IMG/VR virus record: IMGVR_UViG_3300021399_000307
Span: 1 to 36,355 of that record
Direction: 5' to 3' (one strand)
DNA length: 36,355 nucleotides
From: a virus
Part shown: positions 6,047 to 14,592 of the stretch, one piece after another
Layout of the letters: every line of letters starts with the position of its first letter
How positions within the stretch are numbered: the first letter of the stretch is position 1
Notes under the pieces: generated by a model
Seen by the model: the letters and a program-made list of their open reading frames with translations, nothing else
The model's database searches: none
Told to the model about the DNA's origin: nothing
Position numbers and translations under genes: made by a program

Positions 6047-8392
6047 TTAAACGGATGCCCCGGTGGCATCTACCCAACCGCTCCCGGTGTACCAAATGGG
6101 ACGGGCCGGAGATAGTGCGCTATCGAAAAATTGCATCCCGACATACAATCCGTCTGTCGGTCTTGTAGTCCCTGCGGGGAGATTGGCCGTTGGTTGTGGA
6201 TAAACAAAAGCCGTGTTGTTATTCGGATAGAATATGATAAAAGCAAATCCGTTAGGAGATACCGATATATTTGCCCCGGTTACGCAAGTAAAATTTTTTG
6301 CGTATCCGCTGATTTTGTGCCGAAAAACTATTGGAGAATTGGCGTTTTTGTTTTTCACTATTATAATGAGCGGTGCATCATTATTTGGATATGTGTAATT
6401 CAAATCCAACGCATCCAAATTTTGGTTGTTCCCGTCGTCGGTTGCTTTTGAAATACGCATATAATTATTCCCGGTCCATTTCAATAGTGTATTAGATGGC
6501 GTGTAATCTTGATAATTAAAGATAAAAGTATCAAGTCTTTCCGTACCAACAATAACATCGCCAAGTGTGCGATATGTTTTATTGTTGTACCCGGTCAAAC
6601 TACTACCTCCGGAATATTTGCTACCTGCGGTTATTGTTCGCACCCTGCCCCCCGCAGTATCGTAAACATCCAAGTCCATATCCGTCAAGATTTCCGCATT
6701 GGGAAGCATAGCAATACGGAAAGGACATTTGCCGGAATCGTAGGATGCGGATGGATAGAATTTCAAATCCCTAATACATAAATCATAGATATAGTAGAAA
6801 TCAAGCGGGAAATAATCAATGGTTGATTGACCGGGCCTTGGGTTCACGAAAATACGGCAAGAATCCATAATAAGGTGTACCCAATCGGATGATGAATTGT
6901 TGCAATCAAATATGACCCCGTGCGATTCCTCAATGTTGCAATTAGCCATTTGCATAGTGCATCTTTCACCACGGACTTTTAAGAAAGTATCACCACCGAT
7001 TCCGTTAAAGTTTGTGACAAGTCCGGAACAATTATAGAATGTGGCCAAACACTCCCCGCCCCAAACATAGTCAAAAGAGTTGGTAATACTATTCATATAA
7101 TAGAATCCGTACCCGGCGGGCGCATCAACTCCGACATCCCCAAATGTGTTGTTAAAAAACAGGTTGTCCCCTCCGCTACCTTTCCCGTTTGTTCCACAAT
7201 AGAAACAACTACCGGATGTGGATTTTACCCGCAAGTTCTTAAATACTGAACGATAAACATTGTTCGGCCAATTAGAAGAATTGCTATTGGCAAAATCGAA
7301 CGCGTGTCCGTCTGTTTCAATATCAAGATTTTCAAATACCATAGATGAATAATACCCGGCAGTATCAAACACAAATCCACGGGATAAAAAAGTGATTTTG
7401 CGACGCACACCACCAATTCCGCGTATTTTCGCGCCGTTTGTTCTTATATAGATAGGCGAAGAAAGCGAAATATTGTCAATGTCAATAAAAACAGGGCACC
7501 CCGCATCTATAAGCATTTGAATAGCGGAACCGATTCTTGCTTGTGTTTTTACGAAAAAGGATAGCGGATAGTTGTTTTTTGCCGGGTTTGTAAAATCACA
7601 ATCAATTCCCGGCCCATCAATCCCGCACACGTTCAAGTCCACATCCCCATTGCTCAAACTACCGCCCACGAATTTAAGCACACACCGTGCCGGGATGGTC
7701 ACGGATGCGCCGCCAAGGTCGAAAGCGTAGCGGATTTCGTAAACAGTATCGCTATCTGTAATTTGGCTTGCAAAGGTTGCATCCGTTCGCAAAATCTTAT
7801 ATCCAATCCCGTTTGTGTTCGGTCTATTTGCAAATTGGAGTTTACCCTGTGCGTTTGTGTCTATATCCTCCCCGTTACCCTCCGATGGTTCATATATTGA
7901 ACCGCTATCACTCCAAACGTTCCCGTCAAAATTGTAAATAGAAAAAGGAGAACTTGCGCCAACATAGGCGTATCCGGGGTCGTCCCCTGCGGGAAGGTCT
8001 GCCACATCGTCAATAAATCCGTAGAATTTGCCGAGAGCCAACCCGTCTATTTTTTGGCCTAACGCGGACACTTGCGCGGCGGTGGCTGCCCCGGTGACCT
8101 CCTTGCTCCAGCTGCCGTTGTACTTCAGCACGGCCACCTCGCCGTCTGCCACGACAAGGCCTCCGAAGTTCGTGTATGTTCCCGCCTCCGTTGCAATAAC
8201 GAAGATATTGGCATCGGAAGTGATTGCCGGGTCTCCGGGATGAGCGATGCCTTTGTATAGGTAGCCGCCTGCGATTATCGTGTCTATGACCTTCTTGATG
8301 GCGTTGTTGACCATCGGTGCGGTCACTTGGTTTGCGTGGTTTGAGTAGACTTGCGTATCAATGTACGCCTTTGCGTTTGCGTAGTTGCTCAT
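6047..8392 (-). CDS. tail fibre / tailspike with a probable right-handed beta-helix
   Basis: Track ORF of 781 aa. The centre is rich in G/N/S/T repeats. The C-terminus GTTRPTDGLYVGMQFFDSALSPARPIWYTGSGWVDATG matches the common fibre-tip motif. Confidence 0.7.
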   Translation of the reverse strand: MSNYANAKAYIDTQVYSNHANQVTAPMVNNAIKKVIDTIIAGGYLYKGIAHPGDPAITSDANIFVIATEAGTYTNFGGLVVADGEVAVLKYNGSWSKEVTGAATAAQVSALGQKIDGLALGKFYGFIDDVADLPAGDDPGYAYVGASSPFSIYNFDGNVWSDSGSIYEPSEGNGEDIDTNAQGKLQFANRPNTNGIGYKILRTDATFASQITDSDTVYEIRYAFDLGGASVTIPARCVLKFVGGSLSNGDVDLNVCGIDGPGIDCDFTNPAKNNYPLSFFVKTQARIGSAIQMLIDAGCPVFIDIDNISLSSPIYIRTNGAKIRGIGGVRRKITFLSRGFVFDTAGYYSSMVFENLDIETDGHAFDFANSNSSNWPNNVYRSVFKNLRVKSTSGSCFYCGTNGKGSGGDNLFFNNTFGDVGVDAPAGYGFYYMNSITNSFDYVWGGECLATFYNCSGLVTNFNGIGGDTFLKVRGERCTMQMANCNIEESHGVIFDCNNSSSDWVHLIMDSCRIFVNPRPGQSTIDYFPLDFYYIYDLCIRDLKFYPSASYDSGKCPFRIAMLPNAEILTDMDLDVYDTAGGRVRTITAGSKYSGGSSLTGYNNKTYRTLGDVIVGTERLDTFIFNYQDYTPSNTLLKWTGNNYMRISKATDDGNNQNLDALDLNYTYPNNDAPLIIIVKNKNANSPIVFRHKISGYAKNFTCVTGANISVSPNGFAFIIFYPNNNTAFVYPQPTANLPAGTTRPTDGLYVGMQFFDSALSPARPIWYTGSGWVDATGASV

Positions 8393-8394
8393 AT

Positions 8395-8853
8395 CTAAAC
8401 TATTTCAAAATCGGTTGAGAAAGACGACGAGAAGTCGGGGAACAGGTCGGGACAGAGGTCGCCGCCGGGCACTACCAGTCGTACTGAGGCAAAGACCCCG
8501 GCACACTCGTCGGCGAATCGCTGGTTGAAGGTCTGGGCGGTCCACATCGTTCCGGGAAAGATACCCAAATCATCCAAACTGCGGAGAATATTTCCCAAGG
8601 TCTGCACCCCGACACTCTGCACCTCAATCTCGTTTCCCTTGTCGGCGGTTAATCTGTCCACGTAGAAAAAAGTAAACGCGAAGGTCTGCAAGTCCTCCCG
8701 GATTTCGTGCTGGCCCTGCGTCCAAGCGAAAACCCCGTACTTGGCATTGGGGATGGTGTTGAGTCGAAAGACATCATTCCGCACAATCATATTGACGGAT
8801 GGCTGGCGGCTGGCCACGCCCTCGAAGATGCGTATGGTTTCCAAGAGTGTCAT
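8395..8853 (-). CDS. virion-associated hypothetical protein (152 aa)
   Basis: Track ORF trimmed to MTLLETIRIF. Its ATG at 8853 shares one nt with the upstream stop (TGATG). Confidence 0.5.
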   Translation of the reverse strand: MTLLETIRIFEGVASRQPSVNMIVRNDVFRLNTIPNAKYGVFAWTQGQHEIREDLQTFAFTFFYVDRLTADKGNEIEVQSVGVQTLGNILRSLDDLGIFPGTMWTAQTFNQRFADECAGVFASVRLVVPGGDLCPDLFPDFSSSFSTDFEIV

Positions 8854-9407
8854 CAGCAGCACCCTCCCTTCTTGATTTGCTTCCCGCGTGGGCCTCCTAA
8901 AAAGACCCCACAAGTGGCGGCAGAATAGAGGTTCGCCTTGATTCGGTTGCAGTCGCACTCATCCAACTCCGGGAAACTTGCCCGGCGGTCGTAGACCCAT
9001 TGCTGCAAGAGCAGACAATGCGCGTCGGCCTTCGATTGGTAGTAATACTGCTGCCGAGCCAATTCCTCCACACTCGCCACATACAGGTTCTCGTCCTGTG
9101 ATTTTGAAAGCCCGAAGTTCCCGACCTTGTAACTGACTTTCGGTATCAGTTCCACGATGGTTTGATAGGCCAAAAAGTATTGGCACTCATCTACCAAGTC
9201 CTTGTACTTCTCGTTCCCCTCGTTCCCGATTGTTCCCTCCTTTACCAAAGATTTGATGGCATCAAGAAGGCAACTTCCGAGGATGCCCCGGAGGTTGATT
9301 TCCTGCGCTTCCCGAATGGACGGCTGGATAAACTTCCCGGCAACGTTGTCGGAGATATTCGTCACACTCTTGACGAATTTCTCGCTGGTAAGAAGAACCT
9401 CTGCCAT
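8853..9407 (-). CDS. putative head-tail connector/adaptor protein
   Basis: Track ORF of 184 aa, immediately after the portal gene (TAATG overlap). IREAQEINLRGILGSCLLDAI resembles connector-family N-termini. Confidence 0.45.
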   Translation of the reverse strand: MAEVLLTSEKFVKSVTNISDNVAGKFIQPSIREAQEINLRGILGSCLLDAIKSLVKEGTIGNEGNEKYKDLVDECQYFLAYQTIVELIPKVSYKVGNFGLSKSQDENLYVASVEELARQQYYYQSKADAHCLLLQQWVYDRRASFPELDECDCNRIKANLYSAATCGVFLGGPRGKQIKKGGCC

Positions 9408-10495
9408 TACTGCACGCTTTGCTCCGCGCCTTCAAGGGTGAAGGGCCGGATGGTTAACACTTCCTCGCCGTAGATATACTTGAACTCGTCGGCGATGTCC
9501 CGCTGGACGGGACGGATAGCGGTTCTATTGTAGAGCTTGAAGGCTTCGGAAAATTCCTGTTCCGAGAACCCGGTGCTTTCGTTCATCAGTCCAAACAGGG
9601 CCGGAATCGCTCGATAGGCCGTGAAAATCTGCTGGCGGCTGAACTTGGAAAGGGCATCATACCGCTCCCCGAAATTCTCCACCTTTAGCGGCGTTATCGT
9701 GGTCATCGTGTCCTTCGATTCATTCCAGCTGAACATCATTCGCATCGCGTTCTGGTGGCCGGAGAACTTCTCCGTCATATCCCGCTCGATTTCCTTTTGC
9801 ATTTCTTCCGTCGGACGGCCTTGATTAAAGTTCACCAGCACCGAACCCGTGAAGCAGTTTTCCAGCGCATTGAGGTGATAGTCCGCAATGCCCCTTTCGA
9901 TTTCGCAGTCCTTGACGGCAGACTGAACCGGGGAGATAGGGTAAGTCCCCGCGCCCACGTTCTTCACGAACAGGATGGAACTCGCGTGGCGGTTCTTTTC
10001 CTCATCCTCCAGCGCGGCCCATTCCTCCGGCTTGAAGGGGTAGAACTTGGGATATACCACGCAATCCCGTGCACCCTTCCCCCATTTCTCGGAGTAGTAG
10101 AAACTCTCGTTGTCCTCATCGCTGCGGATATACCGAACGGGCAGGGGGTGGGTTTCCGCTATCCCTCCGTCCCGGCTGCGGATAATTTGGTAACACCTAC
10201 CTCCGTACAGGAAGGAATCAAGCCCGAGGGCCTGCACCATCTTGCGCGGGGCGTCCCCGTTGATTCTCCGGGTGGCCAGCACATCGTCCCCGGCCACGAA
10301 CTTCGCCGAACTCTCCACGATGGTTTGCAGGGTCGTGACATTGAGGTACAAGTCCCACAGATAGTCCGGGTACTTGTTCAGTTCTCCCCAATCCACCCGG
10401 TTGCCGTGCTTGCGCTCCACCGGGGTCACGATGTTCTGCTCCAAGTACGGGTCAATCGCCGCGAAGGTCAGCCGCTTAACTTCCGTATTGCTCAT
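9407..10495 (-). CDS. portal protein
   Basis: Track ORF of 362 aa. Its size, acidic composition and strings such as GNRVDWGELNKYPDYL and FSWNESKDTMTTITPL fit portal families. Confidence 0.7.
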   Translation of the reverse strand: MSNTEVKRLTFAAIDPYLEQNIVTPVERKHGNRVDWGELNKYPDYLWDLYLNVTTLQTIVESSAKFVAGDDVLATRRINGDAPRKMVQALGLDSFLYGGRCYQIIRSRDGGIAETHPLPVRYIRSDEDNESFYYSEKWGKGARDCVVYPKFYPFKPEEWAALEDEEKNRHASSILFVKNVGAGTYPISPVQSAVKDCEIERGIADYHLNALENCFTGSVLVNFNQGRPTEEMQKEIERDMTEKFSGHQNAMRMMFSWNESKDTMTTITPLKVENFGERYDALSKFSRQQIFTAYRAIPALFGLMNESTGFSEQEFSEAFKLYNRTAIRPVQRDIADEFKYIYGEEVLTIRPFTLEGAEQSVQ

Positions 10496-10775
10496 ATTCT
10501 ATCGTTTTCTCAAATTCCGTCCTGTCCGGGGTGTAATCGCCCTTGATTGCCAACCCCTCGGATATGATTTCTTCTCCGGCCATCAGCCTGTAAGTGTACT
10601 CCCCTTCCGGGAGGTCGAAGGCCATCTGCCCGGAAAAATAGAGCGGGCCTTCCGTCAGTTCGACGGCCTCCGAATAGACCTGCAACCCGACATTGTTCAC
10701 CAGCACGAAGCGGTCTGCCGACGGGGCTTCCCACGGCTTCGGAATGTACAGGGTATCGGAATCAAGGTATATCAT
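10476..10775 (-). CDS. hypothetical structural protein (99 aa)
   Basis: Track ORF, preceded by Box A 5 nt upstream of its ATG. It overlaps the portal start by 20 nt. Confidence 0.5.
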   Translation of the reverse strand: MIYLDSDTLYIPKPWEAPSADRFVLVNNVGLQVYSEAVELTEGPLYFSGQMAFDLPEGEYTYRLMAGEEIISEGLAIKGDYTPDRTEFEKTIEYEQYGS

Positions 10776-10780
10776 ATCTT

Positions 10781-10859
10781 TTCCGTGAAATAGACTTGCC
10801 GCCGAATTTGTTATTTAGGCCGATTTGAGGGCCTTGAAGGCTTCCGGGGTATAATTTAT
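10781..10859 (-). promoter_or_regulatory. late upstream region: Box A (10781-10793), degenerate Box B, Box C (10830-10859)
   Basis: The minus strand reads ATAAATTATACCCCGGAAGCCTTCAAGGCC ... CTATTTCACGGAAAAGATATG. Box C matches 20172-20201 at 27 of 30 positions. Confidence 0.45.
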
Positions 10860-10900
10860 TGGGAAAAGGTTTGAAGGCCGCAGAATCGAAAAGTAGCACG

Positions 10901-10924
10901 AAAAAACCCGACCTTGCGGGCCGG
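10901..10924 (-). terminator. small intrinsic terminator closing the moron
   Basis: The minus-strand RNA reads CCCGCAAGGUCGGG followed by UUUUUU, about 30 nt after the 10950 stop. The stem is only 4-6 bp. Confidence 0.4.
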
Positions 10925-10949
10925 ATTGCAGATTGGAAAGGGAGAAAGG

Positions 10950-11129
10950 TCAGTCTTTGCTATCGAAGCGAATGCAGCACCAATCGTCGGAGTATAGGGA
11001 GTTGGTTTTCCGTCGGCAGTACCCGGCGTGGCTTCCATCGCTCCGGGGTGTCCAATTCCGACAGGCGCGGCAGCAGATTTCGGTATCTCCGGGGAGCATC
11101 CCTTCGCGGATAATGTCTTGCAGTTTCAT
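10950..11129 (-). CDS. Cys-rich small protein (59 aa)
   Basis: Own translation: MKLQDIIREGMLPGDTEICCRACRNWTPRSDGSHAGYCRRKTNSLYSDDWCCIRFDSKD. It is preceded by the intercistronic element and is below the track cutoff. Confidence 0.5.
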   Translation of the reverse strand: MKLQDIIREGMLPGDTEICCRACRNWTPRSDGSHAGYCRRKTNSLYSDDWCCIRFDSKD

Positions 11130-11152
11130 AAGGTATGAGATTAAAGGGTTAT
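11127..11152 (-). promoter_or_regulatory. conserved intercistronic element (copy 2 of 4)
   Basis: The minus strand reads GATAACCCTTTAATCTCATACCTTATG. It contains the upstream stop codon and the downstream ATG. Confidence 0.5.
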
Positions 11153-11313
11153 CGGATTGCGGTAATGATTCGGGATTTCAGTTCAACAGCCTGTGCCGGA
11201 GAGAGGTGATTGGTGGCAGAGAGAACCGCGACCGCCATTCCGACGGGTGTGCAATCAAGAACCATCTTAACCCCCAAGTAGGTCAGTTTGTCAAAATTGA
11301 TTTCGTGTTTCAT
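11149..11313 (-). CDS. small protein (54 aa)
   Basis: Own translation: MKHEINFDKLTYLGVKMVLDCTPVGMAVAVLSATNHLSPAQAVELKSRIITAIR. It is the first gene behind the 11343-11373 promoter. Confidence 0.45.
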   Translation of the reverse strand: MKHEINFDKLTYLGVKMVLDCTPVGMAVAVLSATNHLSPAQAVELKSRIITAIR

Positions 11314-11342
11314 AAGGCGTTGTTTGTTTTTGTTTTCGTATG

Positions 11343-11373
11343 CAAATATACAAACAATAATTGAATATCCAAA
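11343..11373 (-). promoter_or_regulatory. Bacteroidota-type sigma-A promoter (TTTG-N19-TATATTTG), duplicate of the ArdC-cassette promoter
   Basis: The -7 box is at 11350-11343 and TTTG at 11373-11370, with a 19-nt spacer. The 20 nt tgttttcgtatgcaaatata are identical to 4351-4370. Confidence 0.6.
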
Positions 11374-11416
11374 ACTTTTTCAAAAAAATGTGAAGATTTT
11401 TTTCATATAACGGAAA

Positions 11417-11438
11417 GACCCCAGCCGAAGCCGGGGTC
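11417..11438 (-). terminator. intrinsic terminator after the tube-like gene
   Basis: The minus-strand RNA reads GACCCCGGC-UUCG-GCUGGGGUC (9-bp stem, one mismatch, UUCG loop), followed by UUUCCGUU. Confidence 0.55.
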
Positions 11439-11459
11439 AATCGCATAGAAACGCAGCTT

Positions 11460-11972
11460 TTACAGGAGGTCGGAGATGATGGATTCCTCCACCTCGAACG
11501 GGAGTTCCGCGCTCTCGTCAATGAGGGTGACATCGTACCCGTTGCGGTCGGCGCGGGCCGTGCCGGACAGGGCGGCACCAGCGGACAGGCGAAGCGGGGC
11601 ATCCTTGCCGAGATACCAGTACTTGCCGTTCATATCCTCCACGATAGCCACGAGGTCGGCCTGTGCCAGCGCGACAATCGCGGCCCGCTTGGCGGTCTCC
11701 ATTCGGTTGAAGGCCATAACGAGGTCGGTCTGCACGTAGTTGCTTGCGCCCGTGTCGGACACTTGGTAGTTGGAGGAAATCGAACCCGTGTTCGGGCGGA
11801 AGTTATACTCCAGGAACTTCTTGCTGGCGGTCATCGTGATAGCCGTGATGATATTGTCGGTCACGGCCACGGCGGTCACATCGTCGAAGTTGGCGAGAAG
11901 AACCCGCTTAATGCCTCCGAGGTTGGATTCGCAATCTTTCGGGATTGCGGAAAGGACTTGACTACAAGACAT
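11460..11972 (-). CDS. putative major tail/tube protein (170 aa)
   Basis: Track ORF trimmed to MSCSQVLSAIPKD (ATG at 11972). It lies after the capsid gene. The call rests on weak similarity: beta-rich with GTARADRNGYDVTLIDESAELPFEV. Confidence 0.4.
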   Translation of the reverse strand: MSCSQVLSAIPKDCESNLGGIKRVLLANFDDVTAVAVTDNIITAITMTASKKFLEYNFRPNTGSISSNYQVSDTGASNYVQTDLVMAFNRMETAKRAAIVALAQADLVAIVEDMNGKYWYLGKDAPLRLSAGAALSGTARADRNGYDVTLIDESAELPFEVEESIISDLL

Positions 11973-12000
11973 ATCTATTAACTTTTTTGTGTTATCGAAG

Positions 12001-12029
12001 AAAAAGGGACGGGCGTTGCGGCCCGCCCC
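12001..12029 (-). terminator. intrinsic terminator/attenuator directly after the major capsid gene
   Basis: The minus-strand RNA reads GGGGCGGGC-CGCAAC-GCCCGUCCC (one mismatch), followed by UUUUUCUUCG, 24 nt past the capsid stop. Confidence 0.6.
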
Positions 12030-12052
12030 TCTTGGTTTCGGTTTCGGTGTGC

Positions 12053-12964
12053 TTAAGCCGTACCGAGGACGATCTGTGCCGGGAAGTAGTAGGCCACGCC
12101 GGAAGTCCACTTGACCTGCCACTTGAACAGGCGGTCATCCTGCGACCACCACAGGTCAACATCCACCTCGTCACCATCCACATCGGTGAGATAGGTGAGG
12201 TTGTCGGCGAACGTGCCCACGATGGCGTTGCTGCCAGCGAGGCCCGGGGTCCTTGCGATGACCACATCGCTGCCGGGGAACACGAAGGTCTCCGGGGCGG
12301 CATCGTTCGGGCCGGCATAGTGGTAGTAGTTCTTCGCCACCATCGCCTGGAGGAAGGCGCGGTAGTTGGCCGGGGAGATGAAAATCATACCGCCGCGGTC
12401 AAGGGTCTCATCCGGCATCGCCATATAGACATTCTGCACGGACTCATAGATGTCATTGCCAGCGGTGGCGGTGAGGACATCGGTGTCGCCCGCGAACTGC
12501 GCAAGGAAGCCGTTGAGCATGGCCATGTTGCCCTGCCCGCTGGTGGTGTTGCCCTGCCAGATGAGGTTCTCGATGACCTTGTTGACCTCGCGGCCCATCA
12601 CGTCCATCAGGTACGCCTCATACGGAAGGTCGTTCTCGGTGGCGTTGATGCGGACGAGGTACTCGGCGTACTTGCCCAGCAGGGTCTCGGGGCAGAGCTG
12701 GCCGTCGTGTTTGAGTGCCCGGACGGTGACAGTCTTCTGCGAGAGGGTGGCTTCGTCCAGCGGGTTGAAACCGCAGCCGGAGCCGTCCTGCAGGACGAGG
12801 TTGAAGTCGAGGAAGGGAAGGCGCTCGCCGGACTTGATGCCCGTGCGCAGACCGATGCGGCGGCGGGTGTCAGAACCTACCAGCGCAAAGTTCTTGATGA
12901 TGAGGTCACGATTCTCCTTTACATAGGCGGGGAGGGAGGTGACGAGGAAATTGGTAACTGCCAT
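12053..12964 (-). CDS. major capsid protein (HK97-fold type)
   Basis: Track ORF of 303 aa, positioned after the protease-scaffold gene. It has Box A upstream and a terminator downstream, and its composition is typical of capsid proteins. Confidence 0.7.
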   Translation of the reverse strand: MAVTNFLVTSLPAYVKENRDLIIKNFALVGSDTRRRIGLRTGIKSGERLPFLDFNLVLQDGSGCGFNPLDEATLSQKTVTVRALKHDGQLCPETLLGKYAEYLVRINATENDLPYEAYLMDVMGREVNKVIENLIWQGNTTSGQGNMAMLNGFLAQFAGDTDVLTATAGNDIYESVQNVYMAMPDETLDRGGMIFISPANYRAFLQAMVAKNYYHYAGPNDAAPETFVFPGSDVVIARTPGLAGSNAIVGTFADNLTYLTDVDGDEVDVDLWWSQDDRLFKWQVKWTSGVAYYFPAQIVLGTA

Positions 12965-12990
12965 ATCTTTTCAGTTTTTGAGTGATTTCT

Positions 12991-13002
12991 GCCGTGAAAT
13001 AG
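12991..13002 (-). promoter_or_regulatory. Box A copy upstream of the capsid gene
   Basis: The minus strand reads CTATTTCACGGC, 26 nt before the ATG. The start context AAAAGATATG is identical to that of the 10775 gene. Confidence 0.45.
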
Positions 13003-13028
13003 AGTTGTAACACCGAGTGTTAAAAAAC

Positions 13029-14516
13029 CTACTTGCTCATCAGTTCGGCCACGCGGTCAAGGCCCTTTGCCCCGGTCTTGCGGAAGGACTGCTCCTTCAC
13101 TTCTTCGTGGGCGGGCTTGGCGGCGGGCTGGGCTTTCAGTTCGGTCACCTGTGCCCGGAGGGATTCGACCTCGGCTTCGAGGGTAGCGGACTTGGCCTGT
13201 TCCTGCTGGACGGCTTCAACTCCGGCGTTGCGCACCTTTTCGAGGTCGGCTTCAAGGGCGGCGTTCTTTGCCCGGAGGGATTCGACCTCGGATTGTACCT
13301 TTGCGCCGAAGGCGGCGGAATCGTCGAAGTCCATAGGCACGAAAGCCTGCCGGCATTCCACACCCTCGCCGACATTTGCGCTGCCGTCCTCGTTCCAAGT
13401 CACGGCGTAGCGGTAGTACTTGTCGGAGTAGTCCTCGTCGTTCCACACATCGGCGACGGCGAAGTCATCCCCGGCGGAAACGATATACGCGCCCTCGTTG
13501 GGGGAAAGCCCGGCGTTGACGGCTTCGGAAATGCGGCGTGTCTTCTCCTCGTAGGACGCCTCGAACTTCTGCTTACGGGCGAGGTGTTCCGCCCGGCGGG
13601 CTTCCTGCTCCTCGCTGGGTTCGGGCGAAACCTCGGCTTCCGGGTCACGAATCTCCGAGACCTTGCCGTCCACGACCACGATGGTCTTGCCGTCCTCGGT
13701 CTTGTAGTCCCCGTCGGCGGCGGCTTCGAGGGTGTCATCCTCGGTGACGACCTCCACGGAATCACCTTCCTTCAAGTCCTCCTCGCCGGGCCATTCGATG
13801 ATGCCCTTGTCGGTGGTTACACGGCCAAACTTCTGCTCGGCCCTCTGCTCCGCTTCCAGCCGGGTGCGGAGAAGTTCTAAAATGCGTTCAATCTTTGCCA
13901 TAATCGTATTCTTGGTGTCTTTGTTTGCTGCTGAAAATTCCCCGGCCAGCCCGTCCACGATTTCGTCTATGTCCTGCTGGTTGGGTTCGGTGGCGAACCC
14001 GAAAACGCCTTCAAGGGAGAAGCCTTGATAAGTGCCGTCCTTGATTGCGGCCCACACGTCGTCATTGGTAACGTGGAACTCCGCGAACAGGGAGCCGTCC
14101 GCGATGTCGTCGAAGCCCTCGGGATTGATACCCTTTGCGGAATCCTTGATAAAGAACTGCACCATCTCCACGCCGTCTACCTCGTTGCCGTCGTGCATCG
14201 TGTCCACGTTGTTCTGCCGGGATTCGGCAAGGTACTTCTCTGCCATTTCCCGGATGGTGTCAGCCCGGTAGATGATATAATACTCGCCGCCCTTGTTATC
14301 CACTCGATAGATAGGGAAATCGGCCCGCATCACCACGCCCCGGACAAGTCTCTGTTCCTCGTCCTGCACGGCGTACATCTGTATCTTCTTGAAGGTCTGC
14401 CAGCCGGAGAGAACCGCCGGGGCATCCACAAGGGAAATCCGAATCATCCCGCACTCCTCGTCGGAGAGCAGGGCTTCGTATACGGGGATTCCGTCAATAG
14501 TAGAGGTCTTTGCCAT
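13029..14516 (-). CDS. prohead protease (XkdF-like N-domain) fused to a coiled-coil scaffolding domain
   Basis: Track ORF with its ATG at 14516 (the track start is TTG). The N-terminal ~190 aa (VQDEEQRLVRGVVMRADFPIYR, DTMHDGNEV, GFSLEG) resemble XkdF. The C-terminal half is E/A/K coiled coil. Confidence 0.6.
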   Translation of the reverse strand: MAKTSTIDGIPVYEALLSDEECGMIRISLVDAPAVLSGWQTFKKIQMYAVQDEEQRLVRGVVMRADFPIYRVDNKGGEYYIIYRADTIREMAEKYLAESRQNNVDTMHDGNEVDGVEMVQFFIKDSAKGINPEGFDDIADGSLFAEFHVTNDDVWAAIKDGTYQGFSLEGVFGFATEPNQQDIDEIVDGLAGEFSAANKDTKNTIMAKIERILELLRTRLEAEQRAEQKFGRVTTDKGIIEWPGEEDLKEGDSVEVVTEDDTLEAAADGDYKTEDGKTIVVVDGKVSEIRDPEAEVSPEPSEEQEARRAEHLARKQKFEASYEEKTRRISEAVNAGLSPNEGAYIVSAGDDFAVADVWNDEDYSDKYYRYAVTWNEDGSANVGEGVECRQAFVPMDFDDSAAFGAKVQSEVESLRAKNAALEADLEKVRNAGVEAVQQEQAKSATLEAEVESLRAQVTELKAQPAAKPAHEEVKEQSFRKTGAKGLDRVAELMSK

Positions 14517-14525
14517 CAATTCACT

Positions 14526-14592
14526 TTCCGTGAAATAGACAAAGACCCCTTTTTGTTAAAACGCCCCGTTTTTGCCGTCTAAAACTCCGTTT
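14526..14592 (-). promoter_or_regulatory. late upstream region: Box A (14526-14538) and Box B (14578-14592)
   Basis: The string tttgccgtctaaaactc at 14571-14587 is identical to 23078-23094. Box A lies 9 nt from the ATG at 14516. Confidence 0.45.
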
